Source: a virus
Lineage: Duplodnaviria; Caudoviricetes
Strand: one strand, 5' to 3'
Virus record (IMG/VR): IMGVR_UViG_3300032073_000039
Span: 1-55,364 of that record
DNA: 55,364 bases
The notes under the pieces were generated by a model. That model saw only the letters and a program-made list of their open reading frames with translations. It had not been told where the DNA came from and ran no database searches. Made by a program: the position numbers and the translations under genes. Numbering within the stretch: position 1 is the stretch's first letter; each line of letters begins with the position of its first letter. Shown here in pieces: positions 20,527 to 29,220 of the stretch.

Positions 20527-21013
20527 AAACTCTAAAATAATTTTTTTCCGCCCAACTTGATGATAGTATTAGTTTAGATTTATTTTCAATTTTAGAATGT
20601 GCTGTATTATGTACAAATATAGTTCCAGGATTTATATATCTTACCATTTTTTCAGGAAATGTTTGCGGAAATAATAGAGAATTACTAAATATATAGTCTG
20701 CTTCTTTTACTAAATTCATGTGATCAAATATATCCCCATGTACAATCTTATATTTATCTCTAAATTTCTTTTTTGTAACATCTATTTTGTTACATATTTC
20801 AAATCTTTCTAAATTTTTTTCAATACCTGTAACTTTTACAGGAAAACCTGTTTCTCTAAAATATTCATCTATACCACGTGCAATTAAACCATAACCACTG
20901 CCTATATCAAGAAATGATTTCTTTTTATGTTTTTTCATGTGCTCAGCAATTCTAATTATAGAAGGTGCTGTCATTTCACCATATACATCAGATTTATCTT
21001 GTTTTGTTTTCAT
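20516..21013 (-). CDS. Class I SAM-dependent methyltransferase, DOT1-like
   Basis: VYGE, FLDIGSGYG, GIEK, GDIF, IFSNSLLF and SSW motifs. Confidence 0.75.
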   Translation of the reverse strand: MKTKQDKSDVYGEMTAPSIIRIAEHMKKHKKKSFLDIGSGYGLIARGIDEYFRETGFPVKVTGIEKNLERFEICNKIDVTKKKFRDKYKIVHGDIFDHMNLVKEADYIFSNSLLFPQTFPEKMVRYINPGTIFVHNTAHSKIENKSKLILSSSWAEKNYFRVYVK

Positions 21014-21025
21014 AATTTTAATAAT

Positions 21026-21544
21026 TTACATTTGATCATATGCTAAACCTTGACCTCCTCTAACAGAACTTTCTTGTTCATCTTGTAGATCTTTATAAGC
21101 CCCTTTAAAAGACTGCCTTATTGCATCAAAATCTTTTGCTACTGCCCTTATTTGACTAATATTACCATCTCTCCCATCAGTAATTTGTGTATTTGCCATA
21201 TAAGTAGCCATATTATCTAATGCTTTTTTTAAACCTAAATATGCACGATGGGTTGGTGTTTCATATAAAGCTTCACATCTATCTAAAGCAAATCTAATTT
21301 TAGGATCTTCTGGTGATTCTTCTAAACCACACTCTTCAATTATTATATCTTCTTTATCTGCTTCTGGTAAATGAAAAAAAGGATTCATATCCGGATTAGG
21401 ACACGTCATATAAAATAAATAAGTATATATAGACATATGTGTATTGGGATATTCATCCATGATATCTTTTAAAAAATTTAAGGTATAACAATGCTCAGTT
21501 GGTATAACTTTTTCATTTTGAATATCAAACAGTTTTGTTATCAT
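21026..21544 (-). CDS. Conserved packaging-region protein (terminase small subunit candidate)
   Basis: 172 aa, helical, upstream of terL; function inferred from position only. Confidence 0.4.
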   Translation of the reverse strand: MITKLFDIQNEKVIPTEHCYTLNFLKDIMDEYPNTHMSIYTYLFYMTCPNPDMNPFFHLPEADKEDIIIEECGLEESPEDPKIRFALDRCEALYETPTHRAYLGLKKALDNMATYMANTQITDGRDGNISQIRAVAKDFDAIRQSFKGAYKDLQDEQESSVRGGQGLAYDQM

Positions 21545-21546
21545 TG

Positions 21547-22356
21547 TTATTTATTTTTAAACCATTTTATAAGTGTATTTACTTCATCTTTTAAGTAAGG
21601 TAACTTATATATTTTAATTTCTTCTATAACTGGCTCTCCATCAATATGTTCATTTATTGGATATCCATTTTTATCTTCACCTAATTTTTTAAATCTAACA
21701 TGTTGTATTTTTAACTCTCCTATTTTAAATTTAGGATTATGTTTTTTTATAATATATGCATATATACTTAATTGAAGATTATAATGATTTAAATTACAAT
21801 CATCTAAATGATTAACCGGTGAAAACATTTTAGATGTAATACCTTCCCAGTTTTTAAAACCTTTTTCTTTTATTTCTTTATTAGTTTTATAATCAGTAAT
21901 ATTTATACTACCGTTAATTATTTCAACTAAATCTGCTTGACCACATAAACCAATTGATTTTAAATAAACCAAATGTTCAGGGTATAAACCATTTTCTAAT
22001 TTTTGATCAGAGGCTATTTTTATACCATTTTGATCTATTATTGGTTTTATTATAGGTAATTCAATACCGTTTCTTTCAATTGTGTTACAATCTAGAATAT
22101 CACGCTCTCTTTGATTATGATACCAATTACCTAATGTAATTGCTCTATTGGTTTCACCATCCCAAGCAGCTAATATATCTTTTTCAGACATTTTATACCA
22201 TTTAGATCTTTTATTTTTTGAAGATTTTTTTGCTTGTGATTTTGCATTAAACTTAGGTTTGAACATGCTTATAAATGAAGTAACACTAGTCCAATCTATG
22301 CTATCCTCATTTATACTTTCATAAATATGACCTTCTTCTTTAAATAATATTGACAT
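21547..22356 (-). CDS. PD-(D/E)XK nuclease
   Basis: E...GQADL...TDYKT...YNLQLSIY (RecB-like family pattern). Confidence 0.8.
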   Translation of the reverse strand: MSILFKEEGHIYESINEDSIDWTSVTSFISMFKPKFNAKSQAKKSSKNKRSKWYKMSEKDILAAWDGETNRAITLGNWYHNQRERDILDCNTIERNGIELPIIKPIIDQNGIKIASDQKLENGLYPEHLVYLKSIGLCGQADLVEIINGSINITDYKTNKEIKEKGFKNWEGITSKMFSPVNHLDDCNLNHYNLQLSIYAYIIKKHNPKFKIGELKIQHVRFKKLGEDKNGYPINEHIDGEPVIEEIKIYKLPYLKDEVNTLIKWFKNK

Positions 22357-22579
22357 CTTTTAAATATTTTCTTAGGTTATATCCAAATTCTTGATCATTT
22401 GGATAATCAATATGCAGCTTTTTGATTTCCACTATTAAATCTTTTTCTTCATAAGAAACAAGTTTAGTTTTATCATCTATAACAATTCCAGTTTTAGGTT
22501 TTTTAGGTATGGTATAATGTTTTTTATACCCATAATCTTTATTCTGTCTATATTCATTCAGGGTTCTCTTCTTTACCAT
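22340..22579 (-). CDS. Hypothetical protein
   Basis: ORF overlapping same-strand neighbours. Confidence 0.55.
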   Translation of the reverse strand: MVKKRTLNEYRQNKDYGYKKHYTIPKKPKTGIVIDDKTKLVSYEEKDLIVEIKKLHIDYPNDQEFGYNLRKYLKDVNII

Positions 22580-22904
22580 TTTCTATTAATTGTTGTGTTA
22601 ATAAATCTTCTTCTTCTTCAGTTAATAATGCATGCCACTTACCTTGAGGGCAATCTGATGATAAACTCCTGGTTTTTAAACCTAAAGTGCATCCACAATC
22701 TCCACAACAAGGTTGTGTTCCAGGCATTAAGCAATGTGTTCCTACAGTATCTAAAAAAGAACATTTTTTACATATACTCATTCTTAGCTCCGCTTCTGCT
22801 TCAATATGCTCTTGCTTAAAGATTTTATTTTTAAAGCCTTCAAGGATCTGTTTACTTGATTTTATTGCATTAAGATATTTCTTCAACGTCAAAATATTTT
22901 TCAA
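22554..22904 (-). CDS. Cys-rich Zn-finger-like protein (DUF6171-like)
   Basis: R..ICKKC...CCGDCGC...K......CPQGKW. Confidence 0.6.
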   Translation of the reverse strand: MKNILTLKKYLNAIKSSKQILEGFKNKIFKQEHIEAEAELRMSICKKCSFLDTVGTHCLMPGTQPCCGDCGCTLGLKTRSLSSDCPQGKWHALLTEEEEDLLTQQLIENGKEENPE

Positions 22905-23094
22905 GTGTATCTAATCTATCATCTGCATCTGCTAATAGATTAAGAGCAGTTGTTGCATCTTCCATAAAATCATTTGCAGTATGATCTCCAATACCAACTG
23001 CTTGATTTTCTAAAAGATCTAATGCCATTAATGCTTTTTCTTTATCTGCTATAGCTTGAGCTGATAATGCATTTATTATTCTACTTTTTTTCAT
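22870..23094 (-). CDS. Hypothetical helical protein
   Basis: ORF coupled to neighbours. Confidence 0.55.
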   Translation of the reverse strand: MKKSRIINALSAQAIADKEKALMALDLLENQAVGIGDHTANDFMEDATTALNLLADADDRLDTLEKYFDVEEIS

Positions 23095-23440
23095 TTTTAA
23101 ATTTCTTTTTTTCTTTAATTAAATTATTTGATATGGATAATATATTTTCCATTTTATTTATTTTATCTTTTATAGCTAAATGTTTTTCATATCCGTTTAT
23201 TGTATTTTTTTCTAAATTACCTAAATTACTTTTACTTTTCTTTATAGATTTTTCTAATCTTGTTTTTCTAATAGTAAAAGTTCCTAATCCTGTTATATTA
23301 ATATTAGGATATGTTAAATCTGATAAATTTTTTCTAACCTTGGAGTAAAAAAAAGTTATAAAATCATCTACAACTTGATCATGCACTCCTACTTCAGTTC
23401 CAATATCTTTTTTAAATATTTTATAGCTCTTGGGTTTCAC
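23081..23440 (-). CDS. HU/IHF-like DNA-binding protein
   Basis: Two N-terminal helices then INITGLGTFTIRK (compare HU I.GFGTF); very basic. Confidence 0.7.
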   Translation of the reverse strand: MKPKSYKIFKKDIGTEVGVHDQVVDDFITFFYSKVRKNLSDLTYPNINITGLGTFTIRKTRLEKSIKKSKSNLGNLEKNTINGYEKHLAIKDKINKMENILSISNNLIKEKKKFKNEKK

Positions 23441-23792
23441 GTCCTAATATTTTATAATCTAATAATACAATACCATCAGTTTGAATATTAATATCATCAT
23501 TTATTTTTATTGTTTTTTTATTCTTTCCTACTTTAATAACTAATTTTTTTCTTGTTGCTTTTGTTATAGCATTTCTAGCAGATTGACAACTCTTAAATAT
23601 ATTTTTAGATGTTGCTAATTCACAAAATTTAGTAATTTCTATATCATTGTTTTTTGCTAACTCCGATAAGCATTTTAAATCTGAATTGCTTATTTGTATG
23701 TCATTAAAAAAACAGTAGGTTAATATTTGATACTGTATTGTAGTATCAATAGTTGATTTAATTCTTTTATCTACTTTTTTAACTTCAGTCAT
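23421..23792 (-). CDS. Putative winged-helix DNA-binding protein
   Basis: SDLKCLSEL...QSARNAITKATRKKLVIK pattern. Confidence 0.4.
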   Translation of the reverse strand: MTEVKKVDKRIKSTIDTTIQYQILTYCFFNDIQISNSDLKCLSELAKNNDIEITKFCELATSKNIFKSCQSARNAITKATRKKLVIKVGKNKKTIKINDDINIQTDGIVLLDYKILGRETQEL

Positions 23793-23794
23793 AA

Positions 23795-24718
23795 TTAAAT
23801 ACTTAAAATCATATCAATGAATCTTTCATCTGGATAACAATCCATTTTATCTTTTCTAACATTGGTATGAGTTAATAATCCTTTTACTTTGCCATAATAA
23901 GCATCTTCTTGAAAAGCAAATGCTTTAGTAGGCCCATATTTTTTAATCCACTGTTGAAGACCTAATCTCATATCTATACTATCTCTTTCACCAATATATT
24001 GAATTAGCTTTTTAGTTTCTTCTATTTGCTTATCAGAATATTTATGCCAAAATTGTTTACCTTTAAATGGTTCATCTAAAGTTTGTACTTGAGATTCATG
24101 TGCTTTTTTTCCAACATAACTTTTATGGTCATCATCTAGATAACCAATAGAGCATATTTCTAAACCAACAGATCTTTTTACCATATGGCTAGATCCAGTT
24201 TTACCTAAATGCCAACCATAGCCCGTTCTTGGAAAAGCTTGAACCATAATACCGTCATGTTCATCATCACCAGTTCTATAGTTTTGCCCTCCTAAGACAA
24301 ATTCAGTGGCTACACGCCCCCTGGAATCTCTATTCCAATGATCTATACATCTGTATGGATTAGATCCACCTGCAGTATGATGTAAAAAGAAATATTCATT
24401 CTTACCATACTTTTTGCTAACGTATTGACCCTCAGATAAATAATACCTATGAATAGTCTGATTAAATTCAGTATTAAAGTAACTTTCATTTGCATCAGTT
24501 GATTCATCTGTAGCTTCTTTAGAAATGTGAGGCGTATGCATAAGTGAGTGCCATGTTTCAGCACCCACTATACCATCAGGTTTTAATGAATATAATAATT
24601 GGAATCTTATAACTGCTTTTTTAGTAAGCGGTCCAAAATCTCCATCTACATGAATTTTTAATCTACGTTGAACTTCCTTTACGTCATTACCTGTAGATCC
24701 TTCTTTTAGTAATCTCAT
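23795..24718 (-). CDS. Endolysin: PG-binding domain plus N-acetylmuramoyl-L-alanine amidase (Amidase_2)
   Basis: LKEGSTGNDVKEVQ..DGDFGPLTKKAVIRFQ..DGIVGAETW; HHTAG, GLEIC, THTNVRKDKMDC. Confidence 0.9.
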   Translation of the reverse strand: MRLLKEGSTGNDVKEVQRRLKIHVDGDFGPLTKKAVIRFQLLYSLKPDGIVGAETWHSLMHTPHISKEATDESTDANESYFNTEFNQTIHRYYLSEGQYVSKKYGKNEYFFLHHTAGGSNPYRCIDHWNRDSRGRVATEFVLGGQNYRTGDDEHDGIMVQAFPRTGYGWHLGKTGSSHMVKRSVGLEICSIGYLDDDHKSYVGKKAHESQVQTLDEPFKGKQFWHKYSDKQIEETKKLIQYIGERDSIDMRLGLQQWIKKYGPTKAFAFQEDAYYGKVKGLLTHTNVRKDKMDCYPDERFIDMILSI

Positions 24719-24719
24719 T

Positions 24720-25037
24720 TTATGTTCTTTTTAAAGTTCTAGCTGGTTTTTCAGCTTGAGCCATTGCAGTGTTAAAATCTGCTTCTTCTTCTGACTCTGC
24801 TTCAGGACCATATGCTTGAGCCATAAAGGCTTGTGCTTGTAATCTTTTTGCACGTGTTTCATCTATTTCAGTTAGTAATTTTTCATATTCCAACTGTACT
24901 TTTAGATGTTTTATATTGTCTTTGTAAAAATTGCTTACCTCTACTCTACGCTTTGCAATTTCTTCTTTTGATAATTGTACATTATCATTTTCTTCAGTCA
25001 TAGGCGCTTCTTTAACTGCCTCTTTTACTTTAGTCAT
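24720..25037 (-). CDS. Hypothetical coiled-coil protein
   Basis: ORF with AAACCAAA leader. Confidence 0.6.
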   Translation of the reverse strand: MTKVKEAVKEAPMTEENDNVQLSKEEIAKRRVEVSNFYKDNIKHLKVQLEYEKLLTEIDETRAKRLQAQAFMAQAYGPEAESEEEADFNTAMAQAEKPARTLKRT

Positions 25038-25104
25038 TTTATTTGGTTTAAAATTAATACTTAAGCTAATTTAATAAAAAAGGTTTAAACAATCAAGGTT
25101 TATT

Positions 25105-25482
25105 CTATTTAGTTGTATTTGATAGGTCATCATTTATTGAATTCTTACAATGATCTTTATCAATGAAGTCTAAAATAATTCTTAATGTCTTTCCAGCTCT
25201 AGTAAGAGTATTTGTTCTCTGATTCTTACCCATTACGGAAGATATGGTCTCTTGTCTGTTACCAAACTTATAACCACCCTTTTTTATTAAGGTGTCATTA
25301 AATAGTTCTTGAGCTTCTACATTTGCAAACACATCAATAGATCTTGCGGTTTTGCAAGCCCAAGTTTTAATCATTCTTTTATCTGAGGTAAAAAAGTATT
25401 TAAATAATGTATAGAAACAAGCTATTGGTAATAATACCAGTAGTAATACTACGGCTATTAGCAGTAACAATAATTCTATCAT
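25105..25482 (-). CDS. Membrane-anchored protein near endolysin (lysis-associated?)
   Basis: N-terminal TM helix; ETISSVMGKN...DHC motif common in phage proteins. Confidence 0.55.
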   Translation of the reverse strand: MIELLLLLIAVVLLLVLLPIACFYTLFKYFFTSDKRMIKTWACKTARSIDVFANVEAQELFNDTLIKKGGYKFGNRQETISSVMGKNQRTNTLTRAGKTLRIILDFIDKDHCKNSINDDLSNTTK

Positions 25483-25490
25483 TTTTAATT

Positions 25491-25787
25491 TTACTTTTTA
25501 AGGTCATGGTCTATTCTATCCCACCAGTTCATTCTTTTAAGTTTTCTATATATGTTATAGGGTTGTAGGGTAATACCCAATAAAAACCCCCATATAGTTA
25601 AATACATTAGGATAACTGGAAATAAAGGTATCCACCCTCCATAATATTCTTCTAAAACAATTGGCGGTACATAAATAACTTGAAATATGCCATATAGCAT
25701 ACCTATAAATTTTCCAATACCCCTTCCATTATTAAAGTAATGGTCTGTGAATACCCAATGTAAATAGTTTTTTGGTTCTTTTTTCAT
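25491..25787 (-). CDS. Two-TM membrane protein (holin candidate)
   Basis: Two hydrophobic segments and a basic C-tail. Confidence 0.45.
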   Translation of the reverse strand: MKKEPKNYLHWVFTDHYFNNGRGIGKFIGMLYGIFQVIYVPPIVLEEYYGGWIPLFPVILMYLTIWGFLLGITLQPYNIYRKLKRMNWWDRIDHDLKK

Positions 25788-25806
25788 TTTCTTATAAAGA
25801 TAAAAA

Positions 25807-26019
25807 TTATTTTTTATATTGGTTTTCTGGATTCAATATATTTATATCTTTCATTTTATACCAATCATTTATTTTCAGTTTGTCTGGTGTAAATACAATA
25901 ACTACACCATCTTTAGCATTGTACATATGATACATATTTACATCTAACTCTTGCACTACTTGATATTTAGGTGCACATGCTGTAATAAACATTGTAGCTA
26001 TTATAATTAATTTTTTCAT
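25807..26019 (-). CDS. Small lipoprotein
   Basis: MKKLIIIATMFITA-C lipobox. Confidence 0.6.
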   Translation of the reverse strand: MKKLIIIATMFITACAPKYQVVQELDVNMYHMYNAKDGVVIVFTPDKLKINDWYKMKDINILNPENQYKK

Positions 26020-26555
26020 TCCTTTATTTTTATTTTAATATCATGTGGTGCTTTTTCATCACCACCAAAGTACGGATACAAGTAATACTTATTATACGCT
26101 AGGCCACACCCTCTAGGAACTGCTACTGTAGTCCCATCCACACTAATAATATAATCATCCTGTTCAAATATTATCTCACTTTCAAACGGTACGCCTATTT
26201 CCACCTCACATATCTTTCCAAACGAAAACTGCCCTCCCACATGTCTAAACCAATGTATTTCTAAACTATCATTATACCATCTCCAACCCAATCTTATAGA
26301 TGAGTTCATATGATTATCACCACAATCACTTAGACCATACAGCTTATTGATATCCGCTTGATTAACGGGATCCTCCGTCTCATACTTAGCACTATTATCA
26401 AAAATACAACTAAATTTAACTACATCATCCCACGTTCTCTTATACCCGAATGTGGAACGATGACTCCCCTTCCTAATCACATAAGTCTTATACCCCTGGT
26501 CATCTATCTTCTTACAACTAAAAATAGATAACAAAATCAATAACCAACGTTTCAT
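26016..26555 (-). CDS. Lipoprotein with beta-rich domain
   Basis: MKRWLLILLSIFS-C lipobox followed by KKIDD. Confidence 0.6.
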   Translation of the reverse strand: MKRWLLILLSIFSCKKIDDQGYKTYVIRKGSHRSTFGYKRTWDDVVKFSCIFDNSAKYETEDPVNQADINKLYGLSDCGDNHMNSSIRLGWRWYNDSLEIHWFRHVGGQFSFGKICEVEIGVPFESEIIFEQDDYIISVDGTTVAVPRGCGLAYNKYYLYPYFGGDEKAPHDIKIKIKE

Positions 26556-26872
26556 TCTGTTACAGGATACTTCTCATCCATAATTTTCTTAAGTGCCCCG
26601 CATCTCTCATACTCCTCTTCCTCTACATAATACTCTATCATATTCTCAAGCTCATGTGCTTTTGGCCCTGCAGTAGGATCATACGCCATTAAAGCTGAAT
26701 AACCAAAGTCAGTCTCTGCTGCAGTAGGTCTATCCATAAGATCTTCAAACGTCACTTCCTTTGTCAACACTCTATATGAATTCTCATAAGCTATTTGTAG
26801 TATTGCCTTTTCAATCTTCATTTTTTCTACTTCTGACATGTTCTCCCCATGCTCTAGTCCTTCTGAATCCAT
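26552..26872 (-). CDS. Protein with UvrB/UvrC (UVR)-like motif
   Basis: MIEYYVEEEEYERCGALKK resembles the E.YE.AA..RD motif. Confidence 0.55.
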   Translation of the reverse strand: MDSEGLEHGENMSEVEKMKIEKAILQIAYENSYRVLTKEVTFEDLMDRPTAAETDFGYSALMAYDPTAGPKAHELENMIEYYVEEEEYERCGALKKIMDEKYPVTE

Positions 26873-26907
26873 TGCGTGTTTTTTAAGTTAGACAAATTTA
26901 TCTTATA

Positions 26908-26921
26908 TAATAATATACCAA
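26908..26921 (-). promoter_or_regulatory. Promoter motif variant TTGGTATATTATTA at the start of the minus-strand block
   Basis: Matches the repeated motif; lies upstream of the first minus-strand gene. Confidence 0.5.
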
Positions 26922-27087
26922 TTTTTACAATCAATTGAAAAGTTTACCTATAAAAAATTTATTCATGCATTGCATTGTAATAGGGTCCTAGCATTTGACT
27001 TCCCGGCTAAAAACTGCAGAGGGTGTACCCCCCTGTTGAGTTGACAGAGTGTTGACTTATGTATACAAATTTACTAAATTAAAAACT

Positions 27088-27618
27088 ATGAATAGTAAAG
27101 TAATGGTGTCTGCAGATGACAAAGGAAATGTGATCAGACAGACTAAAAATGAAGAGTGGTCTAATATCATTCTGAAACAAAACAAGTCCACGTTTGGTAC
27201 TAATAATGTGGTCAACAACAAGTCTTTAAGCGTACTGATTTTAGGTAGAACTGAAGACTTAAAAGCTATGAGCTTGCAAGCAGGTCAAGAGCTTGACGGT
27301 CATATCTATATTAAAGAGCAGACAATGCCTTTTAATGATAATGACCCAGACAGAGACTTAAAGATAGCTGGTGATACAGGTATTGTTTGTGCTACTGCTG
27401 ATGGAGAACCTATATACAGAAAGGCTTTCTATGATCCAAGTGGTACACTTAAGGATGAGTTTGTTCCTCACGCTAATGGTGCTGAGATTAAAAGTGCATT
27501 AGGACTTGAGACTAAGGTTGAGCCTAAAGCAGAAACTAAGCAAGTAGACCTTGAAGACTCTATTGCTGAGGTAGAATCAGAAGAGCAAGATGAAATGGTA
27601 GATGAATTTGAGCTGTAA
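27088..27618 (+). CDS. First plus-strand gene; SSB-like protein candidate with acidic tail
   Basis: ATG at 27088 with A-rich leader (preferred over GTG at 27049); beta-rich core; C-terminus ...EQDEMVDEFEL. Confidence 0.5.
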   Translation: MNSKVMVSADDKGNVIRQTKNEEWSNIILKQNKSTFGTNNVVNNKSLSVLILGRTEDLKAMSLQAGQELDGHIYIKEQTMPFNDNDPDRDLKIAGDTGIVCATADGEPIYRKAFYDPSGTLKDEFVPHANGAEIKSALGLETKVEPKAETKQVDLEDSIAEVESEEQDEMVDEFEL

Positions 27619-27723
27619 GATAGATAATGTGCACTGTACGTAACAGTATGGTGCACTTATTAAAATGAATTAGCAGTCAACAGTCTAGGTATAGGCATAA
27701 GATAAGTCCTATATAACTGTAAT

Positions 27724-27763
27724 CCTGCATCAGAAAGCTACTGGTGCAGGTATTTATTTTTTT
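27724..27763 (+). terminator. Terminator
   Basis: cctgcatcag/ctggtgcagg stem followed by a U-rich tract. Confidence 0.7.
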
Positions 27764-27980
27764 ATAGGCATTAAAAAGAAATACAACCTATCTTTTAGAA
27801 AAAAATACAACAGATCTTATAAAAAGTCTGTGCAAATTTTATTTTTTGTACGTGTGTCACAAAAAAAGTGAATCATCATAGTACACTTTCTTACTTAATT
27901 ACAATCTTTAAGAAAACAAACAACAGTATTATATACATAGCTATAGCCACAACTATACAGATCATAATGACAAAATAAAC

Positions 27981-28020
27981 TCTCTTATGTTCTCTTATAG
28001 TCTCTTATAGGCTTCTTATG
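27981..28020. repeat. Tandem 10-bp repeat TCTCTTATAG/GT (3 copies plus 1 degenerate)
   Basis: tctcttatgt tctcttatag tctcttatag gcttcttatg. Confidence 0.75.
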
Positions 28021-28065
28021 TATTAAATAGAATAAGATTAACCGCAAATACCTAAATCAATAACC

Positions 28066-28167
28066 ATGAAATCAATAGAAGAGTGCAAGGCATACTGGGA
28101 CAACTTTAACCAGGATCTTTACATTGAATACCTAATCAAAAAACAACAACATGAAAAAGATAATTAA
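28066..28167 (+). CDS. 33-aa early micro-protein
   Basis: MKSIEECKAYWDNFNQDLYIEYL...; AACC leader; overlaps next ORF. Confidence 0.45.
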   Translation: MKSIEECKAYWDNFNQDLYIEYLIKKQQHEKDN

Positions 28168-28285
28168 CAAAGTATACAATACCGTCAAAGAATATGACGT
28201 AGAACTAATGGCAGTACTTATGACAACTGTATTTATGATGACATTTGCTTATGTTATTTCATACACAATTGAGACTGCATTTTAA
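28151..28285 (+). CDS. 44-aa single-TM micro-protein
   Basis: MKKIINKVY...LMAVLMTTVFMMTFAYVISY. Confidence 0.5.
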   Translation: MKKIINKVYNTVKEYDVELMAVLMTTVFMMTFAYVISYTIETAF

Positions 28286-28306
28286 TAACCATATAAATCT
28301 ATAACA

Positions 28307-28456
28307 ATGAAAACAATAGTACCATATGTAATAGCCTCATTAGGATTGGGCTTGTTTATGAGCTTACTAACTGGAATCAGTATAGTAACCTTTTTAATAT
28401 TCACATTATTTTGGGCAGGCATGCTTGCACCAATGATAACAATGAAGGAGTCATGA
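28307..28456 (+). CDS. 49-aa hydrophobic membrane micro-protein
   Basis: MKTIVPYVIASLGLGLFMSLL...; ATGA overlap with next gene. Confidence 0.55.
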   Translation: MKTIVPYVIASLGLGLFMSLLTGISIVTFLIFTLFWAGMLAPMITMKES

Positions 28457-28791
28457 AATATGTCTTTAACTTTATTCTTAAACTATTCTATGTAATCGTG
28501 TTACCAACCGTTGCATCGTTAGTCTGCTTTCATATCGTATCTAGTCATGAACTGGGTACATATGAAATGACAGGTTTGTTCACTCTATTAGTAAGCATCT
28601 ATATAGCTGCTTTCGTTCTTAATAGTAAGATCAAATCTGTAAAACTTCTACCTAATTTTAAAACTGAACTTGTAATATCGTTATCAATAGGCCTACTTAT
28701 TCATGAAGGTGAGATAATAATATTACTTCCATTTCTTATAATGAGAGTAAAACCTGTAACCAGGATACGTAAAACAACTTATTATAATTAA
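28453..28791 (+). CDS. Multi-TM membrane protein
   Basis: Start revised to ATG at 28453 (ATGA coupling); 3-4 hydrophobic segments. Confidence 0.6.
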   Translation: MKYVFNFILKLFYVIVLPTVASLVCFHIVSSHELGTYEMTGLFTLLVSIYIAAFVLNSKIKSVKLLPNFKTELVISLSIGLLIHEGEIIILLPFLIMRVKPVTRIRKTTYYN

Positions 28792-28938
28792 GATCCGGAC
28801 GTTTGTAAGAGTACGTTATAAACTTACCGTGCTAATCAAGGATTGTAGTCATGAATACAATAGAGCGTAATATAACATAACAAGAAAGAATGAAGTAGGC
28901 TGCCTTGGTCTACTTCGTTTAACCTAAAACCTAAAACC

Positions 28939-29220
28939 ATGAACATAGAAATTTTAAACGCAACACCATTCGTAAAATATAAAAGAGAAATGGGCTTGCT
29001 ATCACATTACTACAGTAAAACAGGAGAAATATTATTTATGCACTCTACTGGAGATACAGAAATAATAAATGAATCTGATGTAGTTAAACCATTAGAAGCA
29101 GAAATAGAAGCTGAATTATTAACTAATGATAATTTAAGATCAATAGCCAGAGATGCTGGATACATATTCGTAAGAGATTACTATACTGTATATCTTAATT
29201 ATTGTAAATCTTATTCGTAA
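28939..29220 (+). CDS. Hypothetical protein
   Basis: ORF with AAAACC leader. Confidence 0.6.
   Translation: MNIEILNATPFVKYKREMGLLSHYYSKTGEILFMHSTGDTEIINESDVVKPLEAEIEAELLTNDNLRSIARDAGYIFVRDYYTVYLNYCKSYS

Noticed and set aside
1040-24564. Short antisense or alternate-frame ORFs in the track (e.g. 1040, 2516, 5392, 12655, 12939, 14698, 15428, 19455, 22517, 24343)
   Set aside because: They are shadows of long, well-supported genes and show mirror-codon composition
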